The position numbers and the translations under genes are program-made. The notes below the pieces were generated by a model. It had not been told where the DNA came from. It saw nothing but the letters and a program-made list of their open reading frames with translations, and did no database searches. Positions 17,852 to 28,033 of a stretch of 64,000 nt of DNA are shown here, piece by piece; the stretch's first letter is position 1; each line of letters starts with the position of its first letter. The DNA is from a virus (taxonomy: Duplodnaviria; Caudoviricetes), in IMG/VR virus record IMGVR_UViG_3300027971_000001. One strand, written 5' to 3'.

Positions 17852-20800
17852 TATCCCTGGGCTTCTGTCCAAGAAACTTTACACAATGCTTGATTGGTGG
17901 GAGAAGATGATACAGGACGAACAAACACTGTTAAAATATCAGGTCCATTTGGATACACATTGTTACCGCCCAATATGGAATTGCCCAGATTTCTTATCAA
18001 ATCGATAGGATAATTTGTAACTTGATTTCTTCCTGCATCTTGTTCGGCTGCCAAGAAACCCCCTATAACAACCCCAGCACTTACCGGCACTGTTCTAAGA
18101 CTGGGGGTGCTATGATCAAGATATTGTGAAATGCTACCATTGCCTGCGTTAATCCAATTGCCTGAAACTGTCCACAAACTGCTTTCACAATTGAGTCTTA
18201 TAAACACATTCAGTGCCTGACGTGTGACAATCTGCACGTCATTCAATACTAATATGGAACGATTAATTAGATTTCGAATTCCCACAAAACTTCCTATTCC
18301 ATAATCTACGGCAGGCGCAAGACGAATAGAAATAAGGGGATAATCTCGGTTATCCAATAATGGAAGAGCTGCAGCAGATGTGCCTGCCGTGAACAAATAT
18401 GATTTGTCCGGGGTGAATCCCCCGTCCATGATCACGGATGTGCCCCAATGTGAAAGAGCCGGAGAACAATTTTGATTGAATGAAAATAAATTGTTATAAG
18501 GATAAAATTGATGATAAGGAACACTCACAAGATTGCCAGCATTTCTTTGTTTTATTGTTAAAACCTGTTCACCGGTGCTGGTGGTTCTTATTTTATTGTA
18601 GCGCAAATATTCATAATCATATATTAATGTGCCGCTATTCGGTATGAAAAACGTTGCGCTGGATGGCACAGAAATTGTGGAGGCCAGCGGGGAAATGGTT
18701 TGGGTTGTAGCAATTTCTTTTCCTGTTAACAAATCGTATGCTTTATAGAATGCATTGTTTGTTTCAAGATTGTTTATTATATCAAAACTTGCTGTTGTTG
18801 CTTGACCGCTTTCTGTTAAAGGGGTTGTAGGCGGGGTAAAATTACCGTTTCTGTATTGGGCAAATCCGCTTGTTACGCGAATATCATCAAAATAACAATC
18901 AGCTGCATTTCCATAATACACACCGCCTAAATATAGATTTTCATATCCAAAACTATTAAAATTAGTTGCTGAAAGAACAGATATGCCATCCACGAACAGA
19001 TCGCAACGTCCATTCAATCTTTGCAACACCATATGATGCCATCTGTTAGCAGAAAGAACATTGGTTGTGGAGGGACCAATAATATTTACACTATATGCAT
19101 CAGCCAATCCCATGGATACAGTGGTGGCACTTGTGGTGCTTGTGGCAGTTTTATCTGCAAATATACCTAAACCAGCTCTGCCATAATATGCAGGTGCTCC
19201 CACAGTAAAAATTGTGTTTGTGTCTGAGTAGGCTTGACTAACTGGAAAAATAAATCTATTAAAGTAAACAAAACATTCAATTGTAAAATCTGACCCAAAT
19301 CCCGTATAATTTCCATATATATATGATCCATAGTAATAGGGGTTTGCTTTAACACTATGAGTGCCAAATTTTACTGGAGATGTGTAATATGTGTAACCAC
19401 TCCCACCGCCGAAACTACTCCATTTGTTGCTGGAAGTTGCTGAGTTAGCATTTGTGTTATCACAGTTATACAATGCTATCACTGCATTAGCTGAATTGGA
19501 ATACCGGAACAAACTTGCACTCAATCTGGGTGTTGTAACAACATAAGGTCCATTTATGTTACTAGACTTTCTCACTTCTACTGTTCTTGGTTCAGACAAG
19601 TCGTTCAATGTGTTATAAGCAGTGAGATTGATTCGATCTGCTTGCAGAATATATCCTATTTTGGGTTTGTTTATGATCTCAAACCTTCCTGGCAAATTGC
19701 CGGAACGCATGTATGCTTCCAGATTAACATTGTTATTTTTCATTTGATGACAGAAAATAATGCTGCCATCCTTGGATCGAACACCCCAGCGTATTCTACC
19801 TGCACCATACCAACTGTAATCAAAATACAACATCTGCATTTTGTTTAAATCTATGGTGTATCCAGAAGCACCTGTGCCATCTATTTTATCCAGATTAAAT
19901 TGATCCTGTGAAATGCGCATTTCCTCTGTTTTTGCATAACGAATAGCATTAACAGTAGAACCTATATATTTTGGAACTATTGTTAAAGTTGTATCACTGT
20001 TGATATCACTCACATAATAACTCATGCCTCGAATAACAATATAATCGCCTGTCCGGATTTGAGATAAAAATTTGGTATTGGTGCCTGTCACAACAGTGCT
20101 ACCGGCCACAACACTTACAGTTCCTGTCATGTTGTTTGTGCTGGTTTTTCTTCCTACATAAAGTTTGTTTCCATCATATTCAAAAAAGATTCCGTTTTGC
20201 TCATCAAACAATCCTGTTCGAACTGATGCATCATTCCAATCCATAACATCTACTTTTCCAAGACCATCCGGATTCAAGTCTGTTGGTGCTGTAAGAGTGT
20301 TAAATTGTGTGGTTAAACTGCTGGATACAGGCAACAAAACTGTGAATGTATTTTGATCACCAACAGAAGCAACTGTGAATGTTGTATTATATCGATTAAT
20401 TCCTCCTTTAACTGTAAGATCCCTGAGACGCACTGATGCACCTTGCAAATAGGTTGAAGGATTGGCAAAACCATGAGGTTGTTCTGTTGCAATTGTAATC
20501 ACATAATATGATGATAAATTTTGATTAAAAGATGTTGCATCAACTGATATGCTGCGCATGTCATAGCTGGGTTTGAACAATAACCCTGTGCTAAACAATA
20601 TGCTTTTTCCTGATTGATAACGGAAATAATTTCTTGTTTGACGAATAATTTGGGAATATGGAGAGTTATTAGCAGTTGTTATTTGCACTCCACCATCTGT
20701 TGCCCTGTGCAAAGCGTAACCTTCAGGTCGCACATACAAACGAGTGTTAGTAATATTCAGGCTTGTATTGCTTGCCGGAAACAAACCTGCAGTCAAATCA

Positions 20801-21477
20801 GATTGATATGTGAATGTTGTAGGTGAAATAATATTTTTTACTGTAAATGTTCCTGTGGTATAATCATTTGTGCGGGTAGAATCAACAACCCATATGGGTT
20901 GATTCAAAAAGAAATTATTAGGATTTGTGGTTGTTACCTGAACATCTGCAATTCCAGAAAGAGACACCATGCTAGTAAAAGGTATGGAAGCAGTATCATA
21001 AAATCCTCCGTTATAAACTGTTGTTTCAGCCGTTGCATAATTAACGTTGGGACGAATAACCAATCTTTTTCGAGGAGACATGGTGTATTGTCGAGCATTT
21101 TGGGCTGCTGTAATCAGGGCAACACCATCTGCCAAACCATTTAGAGTGTTAACAAACACAAGAGGTGTTCCCACTGTAAAAGAAAGACTGGGGGTAAATG
21201 TGCTGACCAAGTTTAATGTGAGACCACCTGCGGCTGAAGTGGCTGATAAGCTTTGAATTTGATCTGCCATTAAAACAGTATCATCTGTTTTAAGAAATAC
21301 TGAAGGAGTATTATTCATCAATTCCAACGTTTCCCACTTGGGAGATTGAAGACTATATTCAAAATCCGTATCAATCAAAGACTGAGGATTGCTTGTACGG
21401 ATTCTTTCTACTGCATCATTCTGTACTGGCTTTATTATTCGGTTGCCAATATTTGCACTATTATATGGAAAGCTCAT
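17851..21477 (-). CDS. Large tail fibre/structural protein, paralog 2, with ConA-like/LamG insert
   Basis: Shared SLIDTDFEY...RYQSGK...WYGAG...SHWG...SWTEAQ scaffold; FTIECFVYF...WHHMVLQR...FDDIRVT LamG signature; start moved to 21477 (ATGA overlap). Confidence 0.75.
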   Translation of the reverse strand: MSFPYNSANIGNRIIKPVQNDAVERIRTSNPQSLIDTDFEYSLQSPKWETLELMNNTPSVFLKTDDTVLMADQIQSLSATSAAGGLTLNLVSTFTPSLSFTVGTPLVFVNTLNGLADGVALITAAQNARQYTMSPRKRLVIRPNVNYATAETTVYNGGFYDTASIPFTSMVSLSGIADVQVTTTNPNNFFLNQPIWVVDSTRTNDYTTGTFTVKNIISPTTFTYQSDLTAGLFPASNTSLNITNTRLYVRPEGYALHRATDGGVQITTANNSPYSQIIRQTRNYFRYQSGKSILFSTGLLFKPSYDMRSISVDATSFNQNLSSYYVITIATEQPHGFANPSTYLQGASVRLRDLTVKGGINRYNTTFTVASVGDQNTFTVLLPVSSSLTTQFNTLTAPTDLNPDGLGKVDVMDWNDASVRTGLFDEQNGIFFEYDGNKLYVGRKTSTNNMTGTVSVVAGSTVVTGTNTKFLSQIRTGDYIVIRGMSYYVSDINSDTTLTIVPKYIGSTVNAIRYAKTEEMRISQDQFNLDKIDGTGASGYTIDLNKMQMLYFDYSWYGAGRIRWGVRSKDGSIIFCHQMKNNNVNLEAYMRSGNLPGRFEIINKPKIGYILQADRINLTAYNTLNDLSEPRTVEVRKSSNINGPYVVTTPRLSASLFRYSNSANAVIALYNCDNTNANSATSSNKWSSFGGGSGYTYYTSPVKFGTHSVKANPYYYGSYIYGNYTGFGSDFTIECFVYFNRFIFPVSQAYSDTNTIFTVGAPAYYGRAGLGIFADKTATSTTSATTVSMGLADAYSVNIIGPSTTNVLSANRWHHMVLQRLNGRCDLFVDGISVLSATNFNSFGYENLYLGGVYYGNAADCYFDDIRVTSGFAQYRNGNFTPPTTPLTESGQATTASFDIINNLETNNAFYKAYDLLTGKEIATTQTISPLASTISVPSSATFFIPNSGTLIYDYEYLRYNKIRTTSTGEQVLTIKQRNAGNLVSVPYHQFYPYNNLFSFNQNCSPALSHWGTSVIMDGGFTPDKSYLFTAGTSAAALPLLDNRDYPLISIRLAPAVDYGIGSFVGIRNLINRSILVLNDVQIVTRQALNVFIRLNCESSLWTVSGNWINAGNGSISQYLDHSTPSLRTVPVSAGVVIGGFLAAEQDAGRNQVTNYPIDLIRNLGNSILGGNNVYPNGPDILTVFVRPVSSSPTNQALCKVSWTEAQG

Positions 21478-24400
21478 CCTTGCGCCTCGGTCCATGAAAC
21501 CCGGCACCTGACAGTCGATGAACCGGCTGTGTTGCATCTGGCATAAACAGTTAGAATATCCGGTCCATCCGGAAATGTAAGATTGCCGCCTAGAATACTG
21601 TTGCTTAATTCACGAATTGCATCAATTTCTGTGGTGGTAACTTGCAAACGACCCGTGCCTTGTTCGCTGGCAAAATACCCTAAGATAGTATCTCCGCCTG
21701 TTGGCAACGGACTTGTTCCTCGAACTGAATGATCAATATATTGGGCCAAGCTACCTGTACCCACATTAGTCCAATTGGATAAAGAATCAAACAAAGTTGA
21801 ACTGCTGTTGAGTTTGACTGTTACATTTAATGTTTGACCTGTCACAATGCCTATTTGTTTTAAAGTCAAGAATGAACGATTGATAAGACTTCTTGTACCC
21901 ACGGTTGCAGCAACAACACCTGTGTCAACAGAAGGTGCCAATTTCACGGATATAAGAGGAATATCATTCGCAGAAACAGCACTTAAATTAGATTGATTGA
22001 TGGCTGTGAACAAATATGATTTGTCTTCGTCGAATCCACCATCCATGATCACGGATGTGCCCCAATGTGAGAGAGCCGGAGAACAATTTTGATTAATAGA
22101 ATAAATGGATGATCTGTTAAGAATGAATTGTGGAATGCTTAATAATCCTCCTGTATTTCGGGTTGTGTTGATTAATATGCTTGAAACAGGAGCTGAAACA
22201 GTATCGTTTAATTTTGTATATGTTAAATTTTCATTTCCTATAACAAGATTTCCTGACGCAGGAATGCTTATGGTGGATAATAATCGGAAAACTGTGGCCC
22301 CGGACAATGCATAAAATGTTGCAGGCACTTCATTGTAATCCCTGTAAACTTTGTAATCACGATATGTGGTGGTCGGATCATTTGAAGCGGTCAATGTGGC
22401 TGTGGCACTGCTCAGAATAATTGCAGAAACAGCAGGTGAAAGTGAATAGTATGTTATATTATTTGAAGATTGCTTCAATTCATATATTCCACTTGTGGGT
22501 TGTGTGTTGGTAACTGAAACACCAAACAAATTGGTTTGAAGTGCGGTTGTTTTTTGGCTTTTGTTTATGATCTCAAATCGTCCTGGCAAATTTCCGGAAC
22601 GCATGTATGCTTCAGTGTTAAAATTATTATTAATTAGTTCATGGCAATATATTATGCTTCCGTCCTCGCCTCGAACACCCCAACGTATTCTACCGGCACC
22701 ATACCAACTGTAATCAAAATACACCATCTGCATTTTATTCAGATTGATGATATAACCGCTGGGTCCTGTTCCATCCAGTTTGTCTATATTAAATGATGTT
22801 TGAGGTACCCGTATTTCATCTGTTCTTGTTATGCGTATAAGGGAAATTGTGGGTCCTCGATATGCAGGAGACATATACAAAGATGTGTCACTATTAATTT
22901 TTGTAACCTGATAGCTCATTCCTTGAATAACAATATCATTTCCTTCTTGAAGTTGTGAGATGAATTTGGTGTTGGTTCCCGTCAAAATCGTGCTTCCGTT
23001 TACTGCAGAAACAGAACCTGTCATGTTTGCGGTGCTGGAACGTTTTACAGCAAAAAGTTGATTCCCATCGCACTCAAAAAATATTCCGTTTTGTTCATCA
23101 AACAATCCGCTTCGAACAACACTGTCATACCATCTAACCACTTCGACTTTTCCTATTCCACCCGGAGAAAGATCGCTGGGTCCATTATATATGCTTCCTG
23201 ATACTGGAAGTTGTAATGTGAATGTCTTGCTGTCTGTAACAGTATTTACAAAATATGTTTGATTGTATGTGTTGGGTTCCAGTGTTGTTGTTAAATTTGT
23301 CAGTTTTACCAATGTTCCTTCTGTATATAAGTTTTTTCCAACAAATCCGTGATCCTGTTCTGTGACCACAGTAAGATTAAAGAAAGGATAAGATGTAACG
23401 TTATAATTTGCTGTGCTGACAGTCAGATTCTGAATATCATAACTGGGTTTAAATAACAAACCAGTGCTAAACAATATGCTTTTTCCTGATTGATAACGGA
23501 AATATTTTCGTGTTTGTCTTATGATTTGTGTGTAAGGAGTGCTGGTTCCTGGGTTAATTTGCACACCTCCATCTGTGGCACGGTGAAGTGCAACTCCAGT
23601 GGGTCGAACATAAAGAGCCGCACTGGTTGTGAACAAATTTGTATTGGTTGGGCTACCGGATATTGCATTCACTGATGAATATCTGAACACAGTATCAGAA
23701 CGTATGGAAGTTATGTTAAATGGTCCGGTATGGGCGGATGATGCAGCTGCACTTGGATCAATCAAATATATGGGTTGATTCAGGAAAAACTGTTGAGGAA
23801 ATTGTGTTTGTACTTGAAATTCAGTTGTTCCGCCTATGCCTGAAAGTGCAACAATAGGAATTCTTGCATTGCTGAAAAATCCGCCTGTGTATATGGTGGT
23901 GTTATCTGTTTTATAGTTGGCCACTGCCGGGTTGGGTTGTGTGCGAATGCTAACAAGCACATCGCTGGGTGTGCTGGATCCTGCTGTTCCTTGAGAAAAT
24001 ACTCCTTTGACCAATGCGCTGCCATCCACATTTGCCAGATCTGATGTTTCACGCAGAACCAATGGCATGCCTCCAAAAAATGCAGGGGTGGGTGTGTTTG
24101 ATGTTTGCAGTCTGACCAAATTTCGGAACCCTGCAGTGTATAGGTCATACTGTACTCCAGCTCGAAATGGCAATTGTGTATCGATGGAAAAGCCATTGTT
24201 TCCAAGAGTTGCACCATCATTTGCAACAATAACTTTACTGGCCATGAAGAAATTTTTGAGAGGGCAAATAGTGATTCTGTTATTGTTTGGATAAAAAATA
24301 TACATGGTGGCTACCCCTTCAGTGCCCCAGTTATTATAATAATCTACAGATTGTTTGTTATCCATAAATCCCAGTGTGAGCACAAGAAATCTTTCATTAG

Positions 24401-25277
24401 CAGCTCCAATGTTTTCCCGTTTTGAATAAACCCGTTTTGACTGGTAAGAGTTATTATAACCATATCCATTACCTGCATCATTTACATAGTAGCCATATAA
24501 ATTACCTGGCCAATAATTGGTAATATATAATCCTGGAATGCTTGTAGTATTACCAGTTGTCCCGATGGCTCCAAAACTTGATCCTCTGTACAAGCCTGCA
24601 ACACCACTTCGATCTAGATTGAAGGTGTTTACAGTCTGACCATAAAATAAAATATTAAAAGGCAGAGTGATTGATGCGTTAATATTATACTGGTCATAAG
24701 TGTATTGATAGTTGCCATACTGATCATACACATCAACAAGTGTGCCAGCAGCCACCTCTGTCCAACCTGAACTGATGGGACCATTTCGAGTGCTTCGAGG
24801 ATCTGTTATGAATACCTCAGAACTTACTGCACTGAGCAATGTGGTAAAGCTGCTCAAATAAGGAGTTATGCTGGTGATTTGTTGATTGGTGAAGCTGGGT
24901 TCGTTTGCCCTTATATAAATGCTGGGAACATTGTTTGTTAGGGGTAGTGTTTCCCACTTGGAAGATTGAAGAGAGTATTCAAAATCTGTATCAATCAATG
25001 ATTCAGGGTTGGATGCTCGAATGCGTTCCACTGCATCATTTTGAATAGGACGTATGAAATTGTTTGGATTCAGAATGCTGGCATCCACGATCAAATCATT
25101 ATCTATCAAATAAGATGTTAAAGTGGGAAGTGTGGTGGTTGTTATACTTGTTGCAAGTGTTTGACCATCAATCTTTTTATTAACATTTGTAGGAGAAGAT
25201 ACAATTGGAACAATATCATATGGACCTAAGGCAGAAGCAGATGGTAACTCTGTAAATTTACGTTGAACTAACGCCAT
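21474..25277 (-). CDS. Large tail fibre/structural protein, paralog 1
   Basis: Same scaffold with a different insert; TAAATA 6 nt upstream. Confidence 0.75.
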   Translation of the reverse strand: MALVQRKFTELPSASALGPYDIVPIVSSPTNVNKKIDGQTLATSITTTTLPTLTSYLIDNDLIVDASILNPNNFIRPIQNDAVERIRASNPESLIDTDFEYSLQSSKWETLPLTNNVPSIYIRANEPSFTNQQITSITPYLSSFTTLLSAVSSEVFITDPRSTRNGPISSGWTEVAAGTLVDVYDQYGNYQYTYDQYNINASITLPFNILFYGQTVNTFNLDRSGVAGLYRGSSFGAIGTTGNTTSIPGLYITNYWPGNLYGYYVNDAGNGYGYNNSYQSKRVYSKRENIGAANERFLVLTLGFMDNKQSVDYYNNWGTEGVATMYIFYPNNNRITICPLKNFFMASKVIVANDGATLGNNGFSIDTQLPFRAGVQYDLYTAGFRNLVRLQTSNTPTPAFFGGMPLVLRETSDLANVDGSALVKGVFSQGTAGSSTPSDVLVSIRTQPNPAVANYKTDNTTIYTGGFFSNARIPIVALSGIGGTTEFQVQTQFPQQFFLNQPIYLIDPSAAASSAHTGPFNITSIRSDTVFRYSSVNAISGSPTNTNLFTTSAALYVRPTGVALHRATDGGVQINPGTSTPYTQIIRQTRKYFRYQSGKSILFSTGLLFKPSYDIQNLTVSTANYNVTSYPFFNLTVVTEQDHGFVGKNLYTEGTLVKLTNLTTTLEPNTYNQTYFVNTVTDSKTFTLQLPVSGSIYNGPSDLSPGGIGKVEVVRWYDSVVRSGLFDEQNGIFFECDGNQLFAVKRSSTANMTGSVSAVNGSTILTGTNTKFISQLQEGNDIVIQGMSYQVTKINSDTSLYMSPAYRGPTISLIRITRTDEIRVPQTSFNIDKLDGTGPSGYIINLNKMQMVYFDYSWYGAGRIRWGVRGEDGSIIYCHELINNNFNTEAYMRSGNLPGRFEIINKSQKTTALQTNLFGVSVTNTQPTSGIYELKQSSNNITYYSLSPAVSAIILSSATATLTASNDPTTTYRDYKVYRDYNEVPATFYALSGATVFRLLSTISIPASGNLVIGNENLTYTKLNDTVSAPVSSILINTTRNTGGLLSIPQFILNRSSIYSINQNCSPALSHWGTSVIMDGGFDEDKSYLFTAINQSNLSAVSANDIPLISVKLAPSVDTGVVAATVGTRSLINRSFLTLKQIGIVTGQTLNVTVKLNSSSTLFDSLSNWTNVGTGSLAQYIDHSVRGTSPLPTGGDTILGYFASEQGTGRLQVTTTEIDAIRELSNSILGGNLTFPDGPDILTVYARCNTAGSSTVRCRVSWTEAQG

Positions 25278-25360
25278 ATATGTTATTTATTCATATAATA
25301 ATATATTCTACATATAAAGAAGATATGAAAATAAAAGAATATTATATATTATATATAATA

Positions 25361-27052
25361 TCAAGGCACATAGCTAAACGAAAAATCAGTTACCAATACT
25401 TGAAAATCACTCAGATATGAATATGCAGTGCTATGATTTCTGATGATACAAGCTGCTGTTGGCGCTACAGTGGCAGTGCATAATTTGCGGTATGTTTTGG
25501 TCAAATATCCCCCAATGCTTCTGGTCACTGTTTGACCGGCTCCTACGGTAAATGCACACAATCGAAACACCATGCTGGTGTTATCCAAAGAAAATCCATC
25601 GTGCAATCGGTACTGAATATAATTTAAAAAACTGTTGTAGGTGGCAGAAGTCATGTTGGTAACTGTGGAAGGAAACAAATTGTAGTCATCACTTTCACAC
25701 CACAATTCTATGTTGAATGCAGATAGGGATCCAGCCCGGGCACTCACCGGGCTATTGCTATACAAGGACAACATGTCTGATCCATTGATGCCACTCAATC
25801 CCACATAAATCAAAGGTGGAGGTATTTGCGTATCTGTTAAATTTCTACTCAATCTCATTCTGCCTCGGTCCAATGGGGATATCATGGGCAACATTCTGCT
25901 GCCACACAATTTCCTCAATTGCATGTTAAATTCAACCAGGTTGTTGGTGCCACGGAATCCAAAATTAGTCTTTTTGGAAAAAAAGAACAAAAACATGGGA
26001 TTGCCACCATTGGTTCCAACAGCAGTTCCGGCATATCTATTCGCTAGTATAATTAAATTGGGACTGGTTACTGTGCCAGCAACGGTAGCATTAAGAGCAA
26101 ATCCTTGAAACGGTGTGTTGTTGGGGTCGTATATTGGTCTTTGTGTGCTGTTCCAACCAGATTCATAATTACCATAGGTATTTCCACGGCTGAATGTACG
26201 GGGGCGAGGTATCGTGGCACTATAAGCAGTAGCAAGTGTACTATAAGCAATATATTGATATGCACTCAATACATTGCCATGGCTGGTGTTGGCGCCTAAT
26301 GTGTTATCTGCATTCAAATACCAACCAGTAAACGTTGCAGTTGGGTCTGTGGCAAAAAAAATGGGTTGATCATACAGAACACCTTGACTTGCTATGAAAC
26401 CAGTTCTTACACCTCGGGTGGAAGGAAATTGCGCTTGAAATTGGCGACTGTAAAACTGAAATGTGGGGGCGATAGAATTACCAGAACCTCCAGTGGTAAA
26501 TTCATATATTAATCCATTACTTGATGAGTCAGGGTATTTTTGTTCTTGTGTGCCTACGGCAAAACCTGGATCAATACTGTTAACAGCTCTGTAATCAAGA
26601 GTCCAGAATTCAGGTTCATCAATATAAACACCTGCAACACATCCCAGCGGTTCACCATTGCCGAAGTTGGTATCACCAAAAACGCCTGCCACCGGGTATG
26701 TGCCACTCAACACAGCATACTGTGTGCGTGTTGCATTAATAAAGATGTGTGGTCCTTTTGTTGTTTGTGTTTGACCTGATTCAGAAAAACCTGCCATGTT
26801 CAGATTCACTGTGCCTTTCAGGTCATAGAATGTGCCTGTGGTAGAACCTGCAGGTACTCCGCTGTGCTCTGGTAAAAATAACCAGCCTTGGGTACAATTG
26901 TCCCATATGTTCAATCGTTTCATGGTAACAATCAAATCATTGATCTGAACTTTGGCAGCATCTGTAATGGGTGTGCCTAGCTTGTTAAAATATGTCAGAG
27001 CTTCTGGTTCATAAACAATTCCGGTGTAGTATGTGGTGACTGGTGTTATCAT
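25361..27052 (-). CDS. Putative virion structural/tail protein
   Basis: T/G/N-rich composition; position among fibre genes. Confidence 0.55.
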   Translation of the reverse strand: MITPVTTYYTGIVYEPEALTYFNKLGTPITDAAKVQINDLIVTMKRLNIWDNCTQGWLFLPEHSGVPAGSTTGTFYDLKGTVNLNMAGFSESGQTQTTKGPHIFINATRTQYAVLSGTYPVAGVFGDTNFGNGEPLGCVAGVYIDEPEFWTLDYRAVNSIDPGFAVGTQEQKYPDSSSNGLIYEFTTGGSGNSIAPTFQFYSRQFQAQFPSTRGVRTGFIASQGVLYDQPIFFATDPTATFTGWYLNADNTLGANTSHGNVLSAYQYIAYSTLATAYSATIPRPRTFSRGNTYGNYESGWNSTQRPIYDPNNTPFQGFALNATVAGTVTSPNLIILANRYAGTAVGTNGGNPMFLFFFSKKTNFGFRGTNNLVEFNMQLRKLCGSRMLPMISPLDRGRMRLSRNLTDTQIPPPLIYVGLSGINGSDMLSLYSNSPVSARAGSLSAFNIELWCESDDYNLFPSTVTNMTSATYNSFLNYIQYRLHDGFSLDNTSMVFRLCAFTVGAGQTVTRSIGGYLTKTYRKLCTATVAPTAACIIRNHSTAYSYLSDFQVLVTDFSFSYVP

Positions 27053-28032
27053 GCCAAGCTACCTAATCCCCATACAAAATTATTATATTTGTATAGTAAT
27101 GTGGAGGAGAAAGGTAATCGTACTTTTGATCCTGTTGCACACAATATTGGTACTTGTGTGGAAGATATGTGCAGGGTGTTAGTACCCAGAGTAACAAGAG
27201 TCACATTGAAATTATTGGAGAGGTTACTAGGAACAAGTACGCTAACAGAAGAGGTGGTGGTATCTACATGATATATGTTTCCATTGTCAGCGTCGGAAAA
27301 AGTATAACCATTTGGAAATTCAGCTAAAGTAATAGTTTTAGATATTCTGAATGTGACAAATGCACTAATAGCACAAAGAGTGGTGTAAGCTGAAGACCAA
27401 TTGGCACTATTTGCACAAACGCTGGTATATGTGCTTCTCCACTTTATTGCATCAGCAGAAGCTGCTTGGCTATTCGTCCAACCTATAGATGTTAAGATAT
27501 TTCCTGTATTTTCCCATCTTGCACTAAGATTATAAACAGTATCTGTTGTTGAATTCCATGCAGGGTAACCATCAATATTGCTATTCACCATTAGCAAATT
27601 GTCTTGTGTTATAAAGTCGTCTCCTGTTTCAGTTATTAAATAAGTAAACAATTCATTAACAGTTGCATCATAGAAACTGCTGTTTGCATTAAAAGAAGTA
27701 TATGCTCCAGACCAATTGGCACTATTAGAATTCGTAGTAGTCCAATTGCTATTCCATTGATTGCTATTACCTCCATCTGCGTGGATAACACCTCTTGCAC
27801 TCAAAGTAGCTGTTAATGTATCGGTTACGGTGAGCAGTATTCCTCTGTTACCTGCAACAGAAAAACGGGTAAGTGCGCTTGCGGCTTGAGCTAGGCTTGA
27901 AACTACCAGACCACCTGCGCCATCATATTGTATTTGTGAAGCGCTAGAGAGATTGGGAACAGATGAACTTCCTGCACTATCATTACTAAATGATATAACT
28001 CCAGACGCTGGAACTATTAATGTATTTGGCAT
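27049..28032 (-). CDS. Putative tail fibre-associated protein with NSANW repeats
   Basis: Repeated NSANWSxAYT motifs. Confidence 0.6.
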   Translation of the reverse strand: MPNTLIVPASGVISFSNDSAGSSSVPNLSSASQIQYDGAGGLVVSSLAQAASALTRFSVAGNRGILLTVTDTLTATLSARGVIHADGGNSNQWNSNWTTTNSNSANWSGAYTSFNANSSFYDATVNELFTYLITETGDDFITQDNLLMVNSNIDGYPAWNSTTDTVYNLSARWENTGNILTSIGWTNSQAASADAIKWRSTYTSVCANSANWSSAYTTLCAISAFVTFRISKTITLAEFPNGYTFSDADNGNIYHVDTTTSSVSVLVPSNLSNNFNVTLVTLGTNTLHISSTQVPILCATGSKVRLPFSSTLLYKYNNFVWGLGSLA

Positions 28033-28033
28033 A

